From contig JACRHB010000220.1 in NCBI GenBank assembly GCA_016217725.1, positions 11,970-75,969 on the forward strand: a stretch of DNA of 64,000 bases. Direction: 5' to 3'. Source of the stretch: Nitrospirota bacterium (GTDB lineage Bacteria; Nitrospirota; Thermodesulfovibrionia; UBA6902). How positions within the stretch are numbered: position 1 is the first letter of the stretch; every line of letters begins with the position of its first letter. The notes beneath the pieces are model-generated. The model had not been told where the DNA came from. It was given only the letters and a program-made list of their open reading frames with translations, and did not search any database. Position numbers and translations under genes: made by a program. Below, one piece after another: positions 45,118-52,711 of this stretch.

Positions 45118-45999
45118 ATGGACATAGACATCAAATTAGATTCGGAGCTCGACAATATCTTTGAAGTCAGAAACCTTCATTACTCTTTCCTGGGAAGATA
45201 TCCGGCGCTGTGCGACGTTTCCTTCGATGTTAAAAGAGGAGAAAGGGTGGTCGTGCTCGGGGCCAACGGCTCCGGGAAGTCAAGCCTCATGAACCTCCTT
45301 GACGGACTGGTTTTCCCACAGAAGGGCGAGATCAGATTCATGGGGCGGGAGATAAGCGAGCAAAATCTGAAGGATGAGAATTTCAACAGGTTCTTCAGGA
45401 ACAAGGTGGGTTTTGTATTCCAGAATTCCGACGTCCAGCTCTTTTCGAGCACTGTTTGGGATGAAATCGCGTTCGGCCCTTTGCACCTCGAGCTGCCTCA
45501 CGATGAGGTGAAAGCGAGGGTTGAAGATATATCGGGCCTGTTAGGGATAAAGAAATTGTGGGAAAGGGCGCCGTACCAATTGAGCGGCGGCGAGAAGAAA
45601 AAGGTAGCCATTGCATCCACGGTCGTCGTCAATCCGGACGTCCTTTTATTGGACGAGCCGACAAACGGCCTGGACCCGAGGAGCCAGGCCGAGCTTGTCG
45701 ATTTCCTGCAGGAGCTGTATCAGGCGGGCAAGACGATAATAATCTCCACTCATGACCTGAACATCGCCAAAATGATCTCGGACCGCGCGATAGTCCTGAA
45801 TGAATCCCATACCGTTGAGGCTGAAGGAGCCACCCGCGACATCCTTGAAAACACCGAGCTCCTTCTGAAAGCCAATCTCATCCATGAGCATATACATTGC
45901 CACGACGGCGAGATCCACAGGCACCCTCACGGCCACGTCGGAGAGCACGACCACGAGCACGGCCGCGGCCATGCGCACAAACACAGTCATAAGCATTAA
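45118..45999 (+). CDS. cbiO: ECF transporter ATPase CbiO with a C-terminal His-rich tail
   Basis: Walker A GANGSGKSS, signature LSGGEKKKVAIA, Walker B LLLDEPTNGLD; the C-terminal ~40 aa HEHIHCHDGEIHRHPHGHVGEHDHEHGRGHAHKHSHKH. Confidence 0.9.
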   Translation: MDIDIKLDSELDNIFEVRNLHYSFLGRYPALCDVSFDVKRGERVVVLGANGSGKSSLMNLLDGLVFPQKGEIRFMGREISEQNLKDENFNRFFRNKVGFVFQNSDVQLFSSTVWDEIAFGPLHLELPHDEVKARVEDISGLLGIKKLWERAPYQLSGGEKKKVAIASTVVVNPDVLLLDEPTNGLDPRSQAELVDFLQELYQAGKTIIISTHDLNIAKMISDRAIVLNESHTVEAEGATRDILENTELLLKANLIHEHIHCHDGEIHRHPHGHVGEHDHEHGRGHAHKHSHKH

Positions 46000-46000
46000 A

Positions 46001-46165
46001 ACTCATACGTGTCCGGTTAGCGTGTCCGTGTCCGTAAAACAATTATCAATGAACAATTACCAATGAGCAATTGCGGCAATAGTTTTTTAATTGTTAATTG
46101 CACATTGTTCATTGATCATTCCTCTTTTACGGTCACGAAAAACGGACACGGATCACGAAATCGGT
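46001..46165. repeat. ~160-bp long hairpin element downstream of cbiO (partner of 42944-43099)
   Basis: acgtgtccggttagcgtgtccgtgtccgtaaaacaattatcaatgaacaatt...aattgttaattgcacattgttcattgatcattcctcttttacggtcacgaaaaacggacacggatcacg. Confidence 0.7.
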
Positions 46166-46169
46166 TGAT

Positions 46170-46889
46170 ATGCCTTCCGTTGCCGGAATAAAAGCGAGAG
46201 ACGGTTATCTGTTTTTCGTCAACGCCTTGACCGAAGATCCCAGGAACACATCGGCAGTCGTCGAATTGAGCGACCGCTGCGGGGCCTTGGTCCTTACGAG
46301 CAATGAGAAGCAATTGCAGAGATTAAATAACGTCCTCAATAAGTGCGTATCCTGTACACTGAATAAGACGGATGACTTAAGCGATGACCTCGTCAACAAG
46401 GCCGTCTCTTTTCTGAAGAAAGAATTTCATGAGGAGCCGTCGTATAAGACCAAACCTCTGACCTTCCTCCTTCTCGTGGTCGGGACGAACAGTGGCGCGC
46501 AGGGGCGACTTGAATACATCTATATAAGGCACAGGGTTTCGGAAAGGCTTGAAAAAGAGGGCGCGCGGGAGTTCGTGACAACGTTTGACGTAGAGCCTCC
46601 CGTGCCTGCGCATAATGTCTTTTACGGCGATTCGGACATTATCCAGTATCTTGCGCAGCAGGCGGACGGAGAGAATATCCCGATGAATGCCGTCAAGATC
46701 CTGGCCTGTCTTTCAATCCCCGAAGCTTACTATAAGGATAGCGCATTACAGTCAGGCGTCAGCATGGCGTTGCTCTCTGCTGAAAACGGTTTCGAATGGG
46801 TCAGGACGGATGAAGTTCTTTCATTGGCCGACAAAGCTGAAAAAGTTAATTCAATGCTTGTCGAAGGGCTGAATGATATATGGACATAA
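46170..46889 (+). CDS. hypothetical protein, weak proteasome alpha/beta-fold-like N-terminus
   Basis: VAGIKARDGYLFFVNALTED...VVELSDRCGALVLTSNEKQ loosely resembles the proteasome-subunit pattern TAVGIKGKDGVVLAVEK...KIFKIDDHIGCAFAGL; no Thr1. Confidence 0.35.
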   Translation: MPSVAGIKARDGYLFFVNALTEDPRNTSAVVELSDRCGALVLTSNEKQLQRLNNVLNKCVSCTLNKTDDLSDDLVNKAVSFLKKEFHEEPSYKTKPLTFLLLVVGTNSGAQGRLEYIYIRHRVSERLEKEGAREFVTTFDVEPPVPAHNVFYGDSDIIQYLAQQADGENIPMNAVKILACLSIPEAYYKDSALQSGVSMALLSAENGFEWVRTDEVLSLADKAEKVNSMLVEGLNDIWT

Positions 46890-47557
46890 TCGAAGGCATA
46901 GAAAAAAGAAAGAGCATCAGGGCCTTCAAGCCTGATCCGGTGCCGAGGAAAGCCCTTGAAAAAGTCTTGCAAGCCGCTGTTGCCGCGCCTTCCAAAGGCA
47001 ATTCGCAGATATGGGAGTTCGTCGCCATTACCGGTAATGAGCTGAAAGATATCAAGGTGATGCTCGGGGAGCTGCTTAAAACCGACTTTATCCCTTTAAT
47101 GAAGCTAACGGATGAAGAAGCGCCAAGCCCCGCCCTTGAAAAGGCAAAGATCAGGAGCAGCCGGAATAAAGAAGAGATGTCAAAGATATTAAATCCGATG
47201 GGCCTTGATTTTGATGACTTTATGCTTGAAGGGACTTTCAGATTCTTCGATGCCCCCGCAGCCGTTATGGTTTTCATAGAGGATATTTATTTGAAAAACC
47301 TTCCCCATCTTTTAAGTGTCGGGGCGGCGGTCCAAAATATGCTGTTGTCCGCGCAGACGCTCGGGTTAGGCACGTGCTGGATAGGAGGCGTATGGAGATA
47401 TACAAAGCAGATAAGAAAGATCCTTGGAATACCTGATAACAAGATGCTGGTCTCATCGGTAGCCATAGGATATCCTGATAACGACTCTCCGATAAACAAA
47501 TATAAATCAGGCAGGGACTCTATCGACGATTTGGTTCAATGGAAGGGATTTGAATAA
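46880..47557 (+). CDS. nitroreductase-family (FMN-dependent) oxidoreductase
   Basis: N-terminal RKSIRAFKPDPVP...L..AAVAAPSKGNSQIWEFV and C-terminal CWIGG nitroreductase signatures. Confidence 0.85.
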   Translation: MDIIEGIEKRKSIRAFKPDPVPRKALEKVLQAAVAAPSKGNSQIWEFVAITGNELKDIKVMLGELLKTDFIPLMKLTDEEAPSPALEKAKIRSSRNKEEMSKILNPMGLDFDDFMLEGTFRFFDAPAAVMVFIEDIYLKNLPHLLSVGAAVQNMLLSAQTLGLGTCWIGGVWRYTKQIRKILGIPDNKMLVSSVAIGYPDNDSPINKYKSGRDSIDDLVQWKGFE

Positions 47558-47660
47558 ATCCCCCTACATCCCCCTTTTTCAAAGGGGGACCTTCCCCTCT
47601 AACAAGAGGGGTTAGGGGTGTGTTCCCCTCTTTTGCAAAGAGGGGTGAGGGGAGATTTTC
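47556..47660. repeat. CCCCTC/GAGGGG hairpin-cluster repeat, copy 3 (starts inside the nitroreductase stop codon)
   Basis: aaatccccctacatccccctttttcaaagggggaccttcccctctaacaagaggggttaggggtgtgttcccctcttttgcaaagaggggtgaggggagattttc. Confidence 0.7.
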
Positions 47661-47683
47661 AGATCAAATAAAGGAGCAGTATT

Positions 47684-48400
47684 TTGTCTCTGACAATATT
47701 ATTAAGATCGCCTGACGGCATCGTCATGGCGGCTGACAGCAGGGTGACGGAGGGCTATACTCTGCAGGGACCGAAGACCAAGGACGACTCCGTTAAGTTC
47801 ATTCGGTTGAGTGATGATTTCGGGGTCATGACGCACGGTCTTTACGACATAGGCACTGACGGGATCAATGCATTAAAAGAGAAGGTCGGCGGAAGCGGGA
47901 ATGGGATTTCATCTTTAGCAGAGCTTATCGGCAATGCGAAGAAAATCTTTGCAGAGGTAAATAATGAATGGTCCGTGAAGAACCCGGAAGTAAAACGAAG
48001 GGACAAAGATACCGGTTTCATAATTGGCGGGTTCGACAGACGGGAAGCGGCGTTTAAAGTCTATAACTTTGAAAGCCCTGAATTTGCTCCGAAACCGGTG
48101 GCCGGCAATTTCTTCATCGCAGGCCAGTGGCAGATAGCCAGGTTTTTGCTGATGAAATTGAACGGCGGTAAAAAGAATATCAATTCCCTTAAAAAGCTGT
48201 CAGCCGTTCTGCTTACGGCAACGGCTTCGGTCGACAAAACAGTCGGCGGCCCCATGCGTATTGCCTCCATTACGGCATCAGAAGGATTTCGATGGGTCGA
48301 TGACGAGGAGATGAAAAAGCTGGCGGACTTTAATGCGTCGTTCCGCAGGGTATTTCAGGAGACCCTCGAAGCGTCTCTGAACGCAGTTTCAAAAAATTAG
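47684..48400 (+). CDS. proteasome beta-subunit-like Ntn-hydrolase fold protein (HslV/20S-beta/Anbu-like)
   Basis: N-terminus MSLTILLRSPDGIVMAADSRVTEGY matches the proteasome-type consensus T-[IL]-h-h-x-x-x-DG-hhhAAD-[ST]-R-x-T; 238 aa. Confidence 0.6.
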   Translation: MSLTILLRSPDGIVMAADSRVTEGYTLQGPKTKDDSVKFIRLSDDFGVMTHGLYDIGTDGINALKEKVGGSGNGISSLAELIGNAKKIFAEVNNEWSVKNPEVKRRDKDTGFIIGGFDRREAAFKVYNFESPEFAPKPVAGNFFIAGQWQIARFLLMKLNGGKKNINSLKKLSAVLLTATASVDKTVGGPMRIASITASEGFRWVDDEEMKKLADFNASFRRVFQETLEASLNAVSKN

Positions 48401-48567
48401 CCACGAATAAACACGAATGAACACGAAGGAATAAAAAAACAAAAAATGAATTTGGACGCAGATAAACGCAGATTATCAAGATTTAAAGAAACAAACTTAT
48501 CTGCGTATATCCGCGAAAATCTGCGTCCTAATTTTATTCGAGTTAATTCGAGTTAATTCGTGGCTAA
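48397..48567. mobile_element. ~170-bp MITE-like element with 12-bp perfect TIRs TTAGCCACGAAT/ATTCGTGGCTAA; second copy at 63155-63323
   Basis: Perfect TIRs; internal inverted repeats (ggacgcagat...atctgcgtcc) and ACACGAAT word repeats; ~85% identity between copies; the left TIR contains the TAG stop of 47684..48400. Confidence 0.7.
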
Positions 48568-48611
48568 AAAGTTTTTTTAGTATTTAACACATAGTAAAAG
48601 GAATAAAACAT

Positions 48612-50120
48612 ATGAACGTGATCTTGGTTCAACCCGCGACTTCGGACAGGGGATTTATTCATCTGGGATTGGGCTTTATTGCAGCCTCCCTGGAGCAAAG
48701 GGGGCATAAGGTAAGCATCCTCGATCTCGGGATAGAAGGCGAGTCCTCAAAAAAGATAAGAAGGATAATCCAGGAGGCGGCCCCGGAAGTGGCGGGGATA
48801 ACGGCGCTTACCCCTACTTATCCGACGGCGCTCAGGATGGCGCAGTTGATAAGGGAGATAAATCCCCGGTGCATAACCGTCTTCGGAGGGACTCATCCCA
48901 CTATATTGACCGAGGAGGTCCTTAATGAGCCCTTCGTGGACATTGTGGTAAGGGGCGAAGGGGAGATAACCATGTGCGAAATATTGGACGCCCTGAAGGA
49001 CGGAAAAGGCCTTTCGAGTATTTCAGGCATTGTCTATAAGGAAAACGGGAAAACGGTCTATAACCCCGACAGGCCTTTCATAGAAGACCTGGACACTCTC
49101 CCGCCGATACCCTGGCATCTCTTTAAAGTGGAAAAATATACCGGCAACCTGAACGGGAGAAGGGCGGTGGGCCTCTCCGCTGCCAGGGGATGTCCTTTCA
49201 GTTGTGTCTTTTGCTACAGAGGCCCGGCTGCCGGCAAGGTCGTAAGGTACTGGAGCCCTGAAAGGGTCGTAAAGGAGGTCAAGCGCGTTAAGGAAAAATA
49301 TAATATAACGGCCTTCCACTTCTGGAACGACGTATTTACTTACGACAAAAAGTGGGCGATCACCCTGTGCGATATGATCATAAAGGAGAAACTGGACATT
49401 GAATGGGACTGTCAGACCAGGGCGGACCTGATCAATGAGGAAGTATTGAGGAAGATGAAAGAGGCGGGCTGCACCGCGATAATGTTAGGCGTGGAGAGCG
49501 GGAGCAATGAGATCCTGAAGCACGTGAACAAGAAGCTGACCAAAGAGCAGATATATGACTCCTTCCAATTGCTCCATCAGGTGGGTTTTGAGACCACCGC
49601 AACTTTTACAATGGGTCTTCCCTGGGACACCAAAGAGACCATCCAGGAAACCATCGATTTCGCCAAGGCGATAAACCCGAGTTTTGCGATGTTCTACGTA
49701 GCCACTCCGTTCCCCGGCTCCCCCATCTGGGAGATCTGCCTTCAGAAAGGGATACCGCTTTCGAGAGACTGGGAGAATTACAGGATCATTCCTTTTGAGA
49801 TAGACCTCGATAAATTCGCCCCTGTCTTTGATACGTCCAGATTGTCCGTAGAGGATTTAAAGAGGTTCATCAAGACCGCCCAGATAGAATTTCAGGTCGG
49901 CAGATTTAAAAAGGGGCAGAGATTAAGGGGTCTGAAAAATATCTACGAGATCTTCGCCTTGATATTCAGACGGAGCAAATCGGTGACAAAGCTGATGCAA
50001 TTGATTTTCAGGGTGCTCGGGGATACGCTCTATCTCATCAGAATAAAGTGCAGAAGTGCAAAAGTGCAAAAGAGCAATAGCGCAGAAGAGCAGAAGAACA
50101 AAAGTGCAAAAGAGCAATAG
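48612..50120 (+). CDS. B12-binding domain radical SAM protein; the C-terminal tail is encoded by a word-repeat
   Basis: MNVILVQP...HLGLGFIAASLEQRGHKVSILD B12-like domain; CxxxCxxC (ARGCPFSCVFCYR); the last ~25 aa (KCRSAKVQKSNSAEEQKNKSAKEQ) read through the GTGCAGAAG repeat. Confidence 0.85.
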   Translation: MNVILVQPATSDRGFIHLGLGFIAASLEQRGHKVSILDLGIEGESSKKIRRIIQEAAPEVAGITALTPTYPTALRMAQLIREINPRCITVFGGTHPTILTEEVLNEPFVDIVVRGEGEITMCEILDALKDGKGLSSISGIVYKENGKTVYNPDRPFIEDLDTLPPIPWHLFKVEKYTGNLNGRRAVGLSAARGCPFSCVFCYRGPAAGKVVRYWSPERVVKEVKRVKEKYNITAFHFWNDVFTYDKKWAITLCDMIIKEKLDIEWDCQTRADLINEEVLRKMKEAGCTAIMLGVESGSNEILKHVNKKLTKEQIYDSFQLLHQVGFETTATFTMGLPWDTKETIQETIDFAKAINPSFAMFYVATPFPGSPIWEICLQKGIPLSRDWENYRIIPFEIDLDKFAPVFDTSRLSVEDLKRFIKTAQIEFQVGRFKKGQRLRGLKNIYEIFALIFRRSKSVTKLMQLIFRVLGDTLYLIRIKCRSAKVQKSNSAEEQKNKSAKEQ

Positions 50121-50212
50121 TGCAGCGCCGGGAAGACTGACTTTCATTGTTTTCCCTTTTGCACTTCTGCACTTTTGTACTTTTGCACTTCTGCACTTTT
50201 GTACTTTTGCAC
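50048..50212. repeat. long hairpin of GTGCAGAAG/TGCAAAAG words (left arm coding, right arm reverse complement)
   Basis: gtgcagaagtgcaaaagtgcaaaagagcaatagcgcagaagagcagaag... / ...ttttgcacttctgcacttttgtacttttgcacttctgcacttttgtacttttgcac. Confidence 0.7.
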
Positions 50213-50233
50213 TAAAGAATCAAGAAAAATTTA

Positions 50234-51448
50234 ATGGACTACAACAAATTAAAAGAAGCCGTCATCACTGAAATCGATAAGCTGGCGGAAGAGATGAAGG
50301 CCGTTGCAAAGGCCATTCATGAAAAACCCGAAATAGGTTATCAGGAATACGAAGCCTCACGGCTCCTCTGCGGCTTTCTCGAAAAAAACGATTTTAAAGT
50401 GAAGCGCAATATCGCAGGGATGGAGACGGCTTTTGCCGCCTCCTATCCTGAAAAGGCGGACGGTCCGACAATCGCCTTGTTGGCCGAATATGACGCCCTG
50501 CCCGGCCTCGGGCACGGATGCGGACATAACCTCATCGGCACTGCGAGCGTCGGGGCTGCCGTCGGATTAAGTAAGGTTTTACCGAAGCTGAAAGGAAGAA
50601 TAGCTGTAATGGGCTGTCCTGCGGAAGAGGCCGGGATAGACAACGCAGGGGGGAAGGTCCGGCTGATCAAAAAAGGATCATTCAAAGATATCGACGCCGC
50701 GTTCATCTTTCATCCCTTCCCCATGACGACGGTCGGGGGAGAGACCACAACGCTGCTCGGGCTTGAATTTAATTTTAAAGGTAACCCCGCACATGCCGCA
50801 GGAAATCCCTGGGACGGGATCAACGCGCTGGACGGTGTATTGCTGACCTTCAACGCGATCAACGCCCTCAGGCAGCATATACGCGACGGCGTGCGCATTC
50901 ACGGCATCATAACCCACGGAGGCGACGCCCCGAATATAGTGCCGGAAAAGGCGTCCGCGCGTTTCTTTCTCCGCACGGAGAATAAAGAGTCTCTGCTCGA
51001 GATAATTCAAAAGGTCAAGGCCTGCGCCGAAGGGGCGGCGACGGCGACGGGGACCAAGCTTGAGGTCAATACTTTCTGCAATCTCTATGACTCAATGAAG
51101 AGCAATTCCGTTCTCGCAAGTATCCTCGAAAAGAACCTGAACGCACTCGGCTTGAGCGTTGAAGGCAGGAAAAAGGGGAAAGGCTCCACGGATTTCGGAA
51201 ACGTGACAAGGGTTGTGCCTGCCTGCGAGCTGGGCCTCAGGCTCGGAAACGGCATCGTCCCGCACACGAGGGAGTTTTTGCACGCGGCGAATTCCGAAGA
51301 GGGCTTCAAGGTAATGATGCAGGGAGCAAAGGTGCTGGCCTTAAGCGCGCTGGACCTTCTCTACTCGGACGGCTTACTTGAGAAGGCGAAAAAGGAATTT
51401 GAAGGAGTGCAGAAGTGCAACAGTACAAAAGTGCAAAAGGAAAAATAA
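50234..51448 (+). CDS. M20-family amidohydrolase (M20D; hippurate hydrolase / aminobenzoyl-glutamate utilisation-like)
   Basis: 404 aa; ...ALLAEYDALPGLGHGCGHNLIGTASVGAA... metal-binding region; the C-terminal tail (VQKCNSTKVQKEK) is encoded by the repeat. Confidence 0.85.
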   Translation: MDYNKLKEAVITEIDKLAEEMKAVAKAIHEKPEIGYQEYEASRLLCGFLEKNDFKVKRNIAGMETAFAASYPEKADGPTIALLAEYDALPGLGHGCGHNLIGTASVGAAVGLSKVLPKLKGRIAVMGCPAEEAGIDNAGGKVRLIKKGSFKDIDAAFIFHPFPMTTVGGETTTLLGLEFNFKGNPAHAAGNPWDGINALDGVLLTFNAINALRQHIRDGVRIHGIITHGGDAPNIVPEKASARFFLRTENKESLLEIIQKVKACAEGAATATGTKLEVNTFCNLYDSMKSNSVLASILEKNLNALGLSVEGRKKGKGSTDFGNVTRVVPACELGLRLGNGIVPHTREFLHAANSEEGFKVMMQGAKVLALSALDLLYSDGLLEKAKKEFEGVQKCNSTKVQKEK

Positions 51449-51517
51449 AGAAGGACCATCTTCCGGAAGCCGGTCTTCTGAACTTTTGATCTTCTGCTCT
51501 TTTGCTCTTTTGCACTG
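51407..51517. repeat. GTGCAGAAG/TGCAAAAG word-repeat hairpin, copy 3
   Basis: gtgcagaagtgcaacagtacaaaagtgcaaaagg...tcttctgctcttttgctcttttgcac. Confidence 0.65.
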
Positions 51518-51526
51518 TTTGAAAAA

Positions 51527-52711
51527 TTGATAAAAATTTTTCTAATTGGCTGGTTCGGCGCGGGGAACGTCGGGGATGAGGCGATACTCCTTACGGAATT
51601 GTTGGCGATAAGAAACAGGATAAAGGGAGCAAGGTTTTATATTTTATCTTTTGATAAAGAGAAGACCAAAAAACTTACCGGCGAAATTTCCGAAGTCGAA
51701 AGGATCATTGAGCTCGGCGCCAAAAAGAGATTTTTTAGATCGGATTTCAGGGGGTTGCTGAGCGCGTTCAAAAATTCCGATGCGGTCGTAATAGGCGGTG
51801 GCGGCATTTTTCAGGACCTTTACAATTACTATCCGGTCCCGTTTTTTACCTTAATGGCCCTTATGGCGAGACTATTCAGGAAGCTGCTTGTGCTTCACGC
51901 CGTCGGGATAGGCCCCCTTAACAAGCTTATCAGCAGGAGATTGTGCAGGACGGCCGCCGGGCTCGCGCACATGATCTCTGTAAGGGACTTTGAATCAAAA
52001 GAGCTTTTAAAAGAAATCGGGGTAAACAAAGAGATACACGCAGCGGCGGACCCTGTCTTTTTGCTCAGGGACCTGCTCGGGGAAAAGATCGAAAGACTTA
52101 TGGACAGGCATAAAACCGGCAAAGAACGGCCCACAGTCGGGATCTGCATCCAGAACCTCCTTTCCTGGAGCCGGGATAATAAGCAGGCGCTTGCCGCTGC
52201 GCTCGACGCACTTGCAAGAGAAAGAAATACGCGCCTCGTGTTTATACCTTTCGGCGTTTACCCGGACGGATGGTTCCGAAAAGAAGATACCGAGCCTATA
52301 GACGTTATCGCCTCCAAGGAGCTGGCAGGCCTGCTGAAAAGCGAGCATTCCATTATGACGTCGCATACGACCCCCGAAGAGACCATGGCCGTTATCGGGG
52401 GGCTGGACCTTGTGATCAGCATGAGACTTCACGGAATAATCATGGGCCTCAGTATGGGTGTGCCGGTCCTCGCGCTTACATACGCCGACGAGTCAAAGAT
52501 AAGCAACCTCATGAAGCGGGTAGGGCGTGAAGAAGACGTCTTCCATGTAAACGATCTGGATGCTGAAAAATTACTGAGCAGGCTAAAAGCCGTTCTTGCA
52601 AGAAATGACGAATTCAAGAGGGACCTAAGAGAAAAGGTAATTCATTTAAAGAGGGAAGCTGAAAAAAGTTTTGAGCTATTGTCGGGAAGATTATCGCTGT
52701 CGCCCCATTAG
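51527..52711 (+). CDS. polysaccharide pyruvyl transferase family protein (CsaB/WcaK-like)
   Basis: IFLIGWFGAGNVGDEAIL...AVVIGGGGIFQD... and ...LVISMRLHGIIMGLSMGVPVLAL matching the PS_pyruv_trans family. Confidence 0.8.
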   Translation: MIKIFLIGWFGAGNVGDEAILLTELLAIRNRIKGARFYILSFDKEKTKKLTGEISEVERIIELGAKKRFFRSDFRGLLSAFKNSDAVVIGGGGIFQDLYNYYPVPFFTLMALMARLFRKLLVLHAVGIGPLNKLISRRLCRTAAGLAHMISVRDFESKELLKEIGVNKEIHAAADPVFLLRDLLGEKIERLMDRHKTGKERPTVGICIQNLLSWSRDNKQALAAALDALARERNTRLVFIPFGVYPDGWFRKEDTEPIDVIASKELAGLLKSEHSIMTSHTTPEETMAVIGGLDLVISMRLHGIIMGLSMGVPVLALTYADESKISNLMKRVGREEDVFHVNDLDAEKLLSRLKAVLARNDEFKRDLREKVIHLKREAEKSFELLSGRLSLSPH

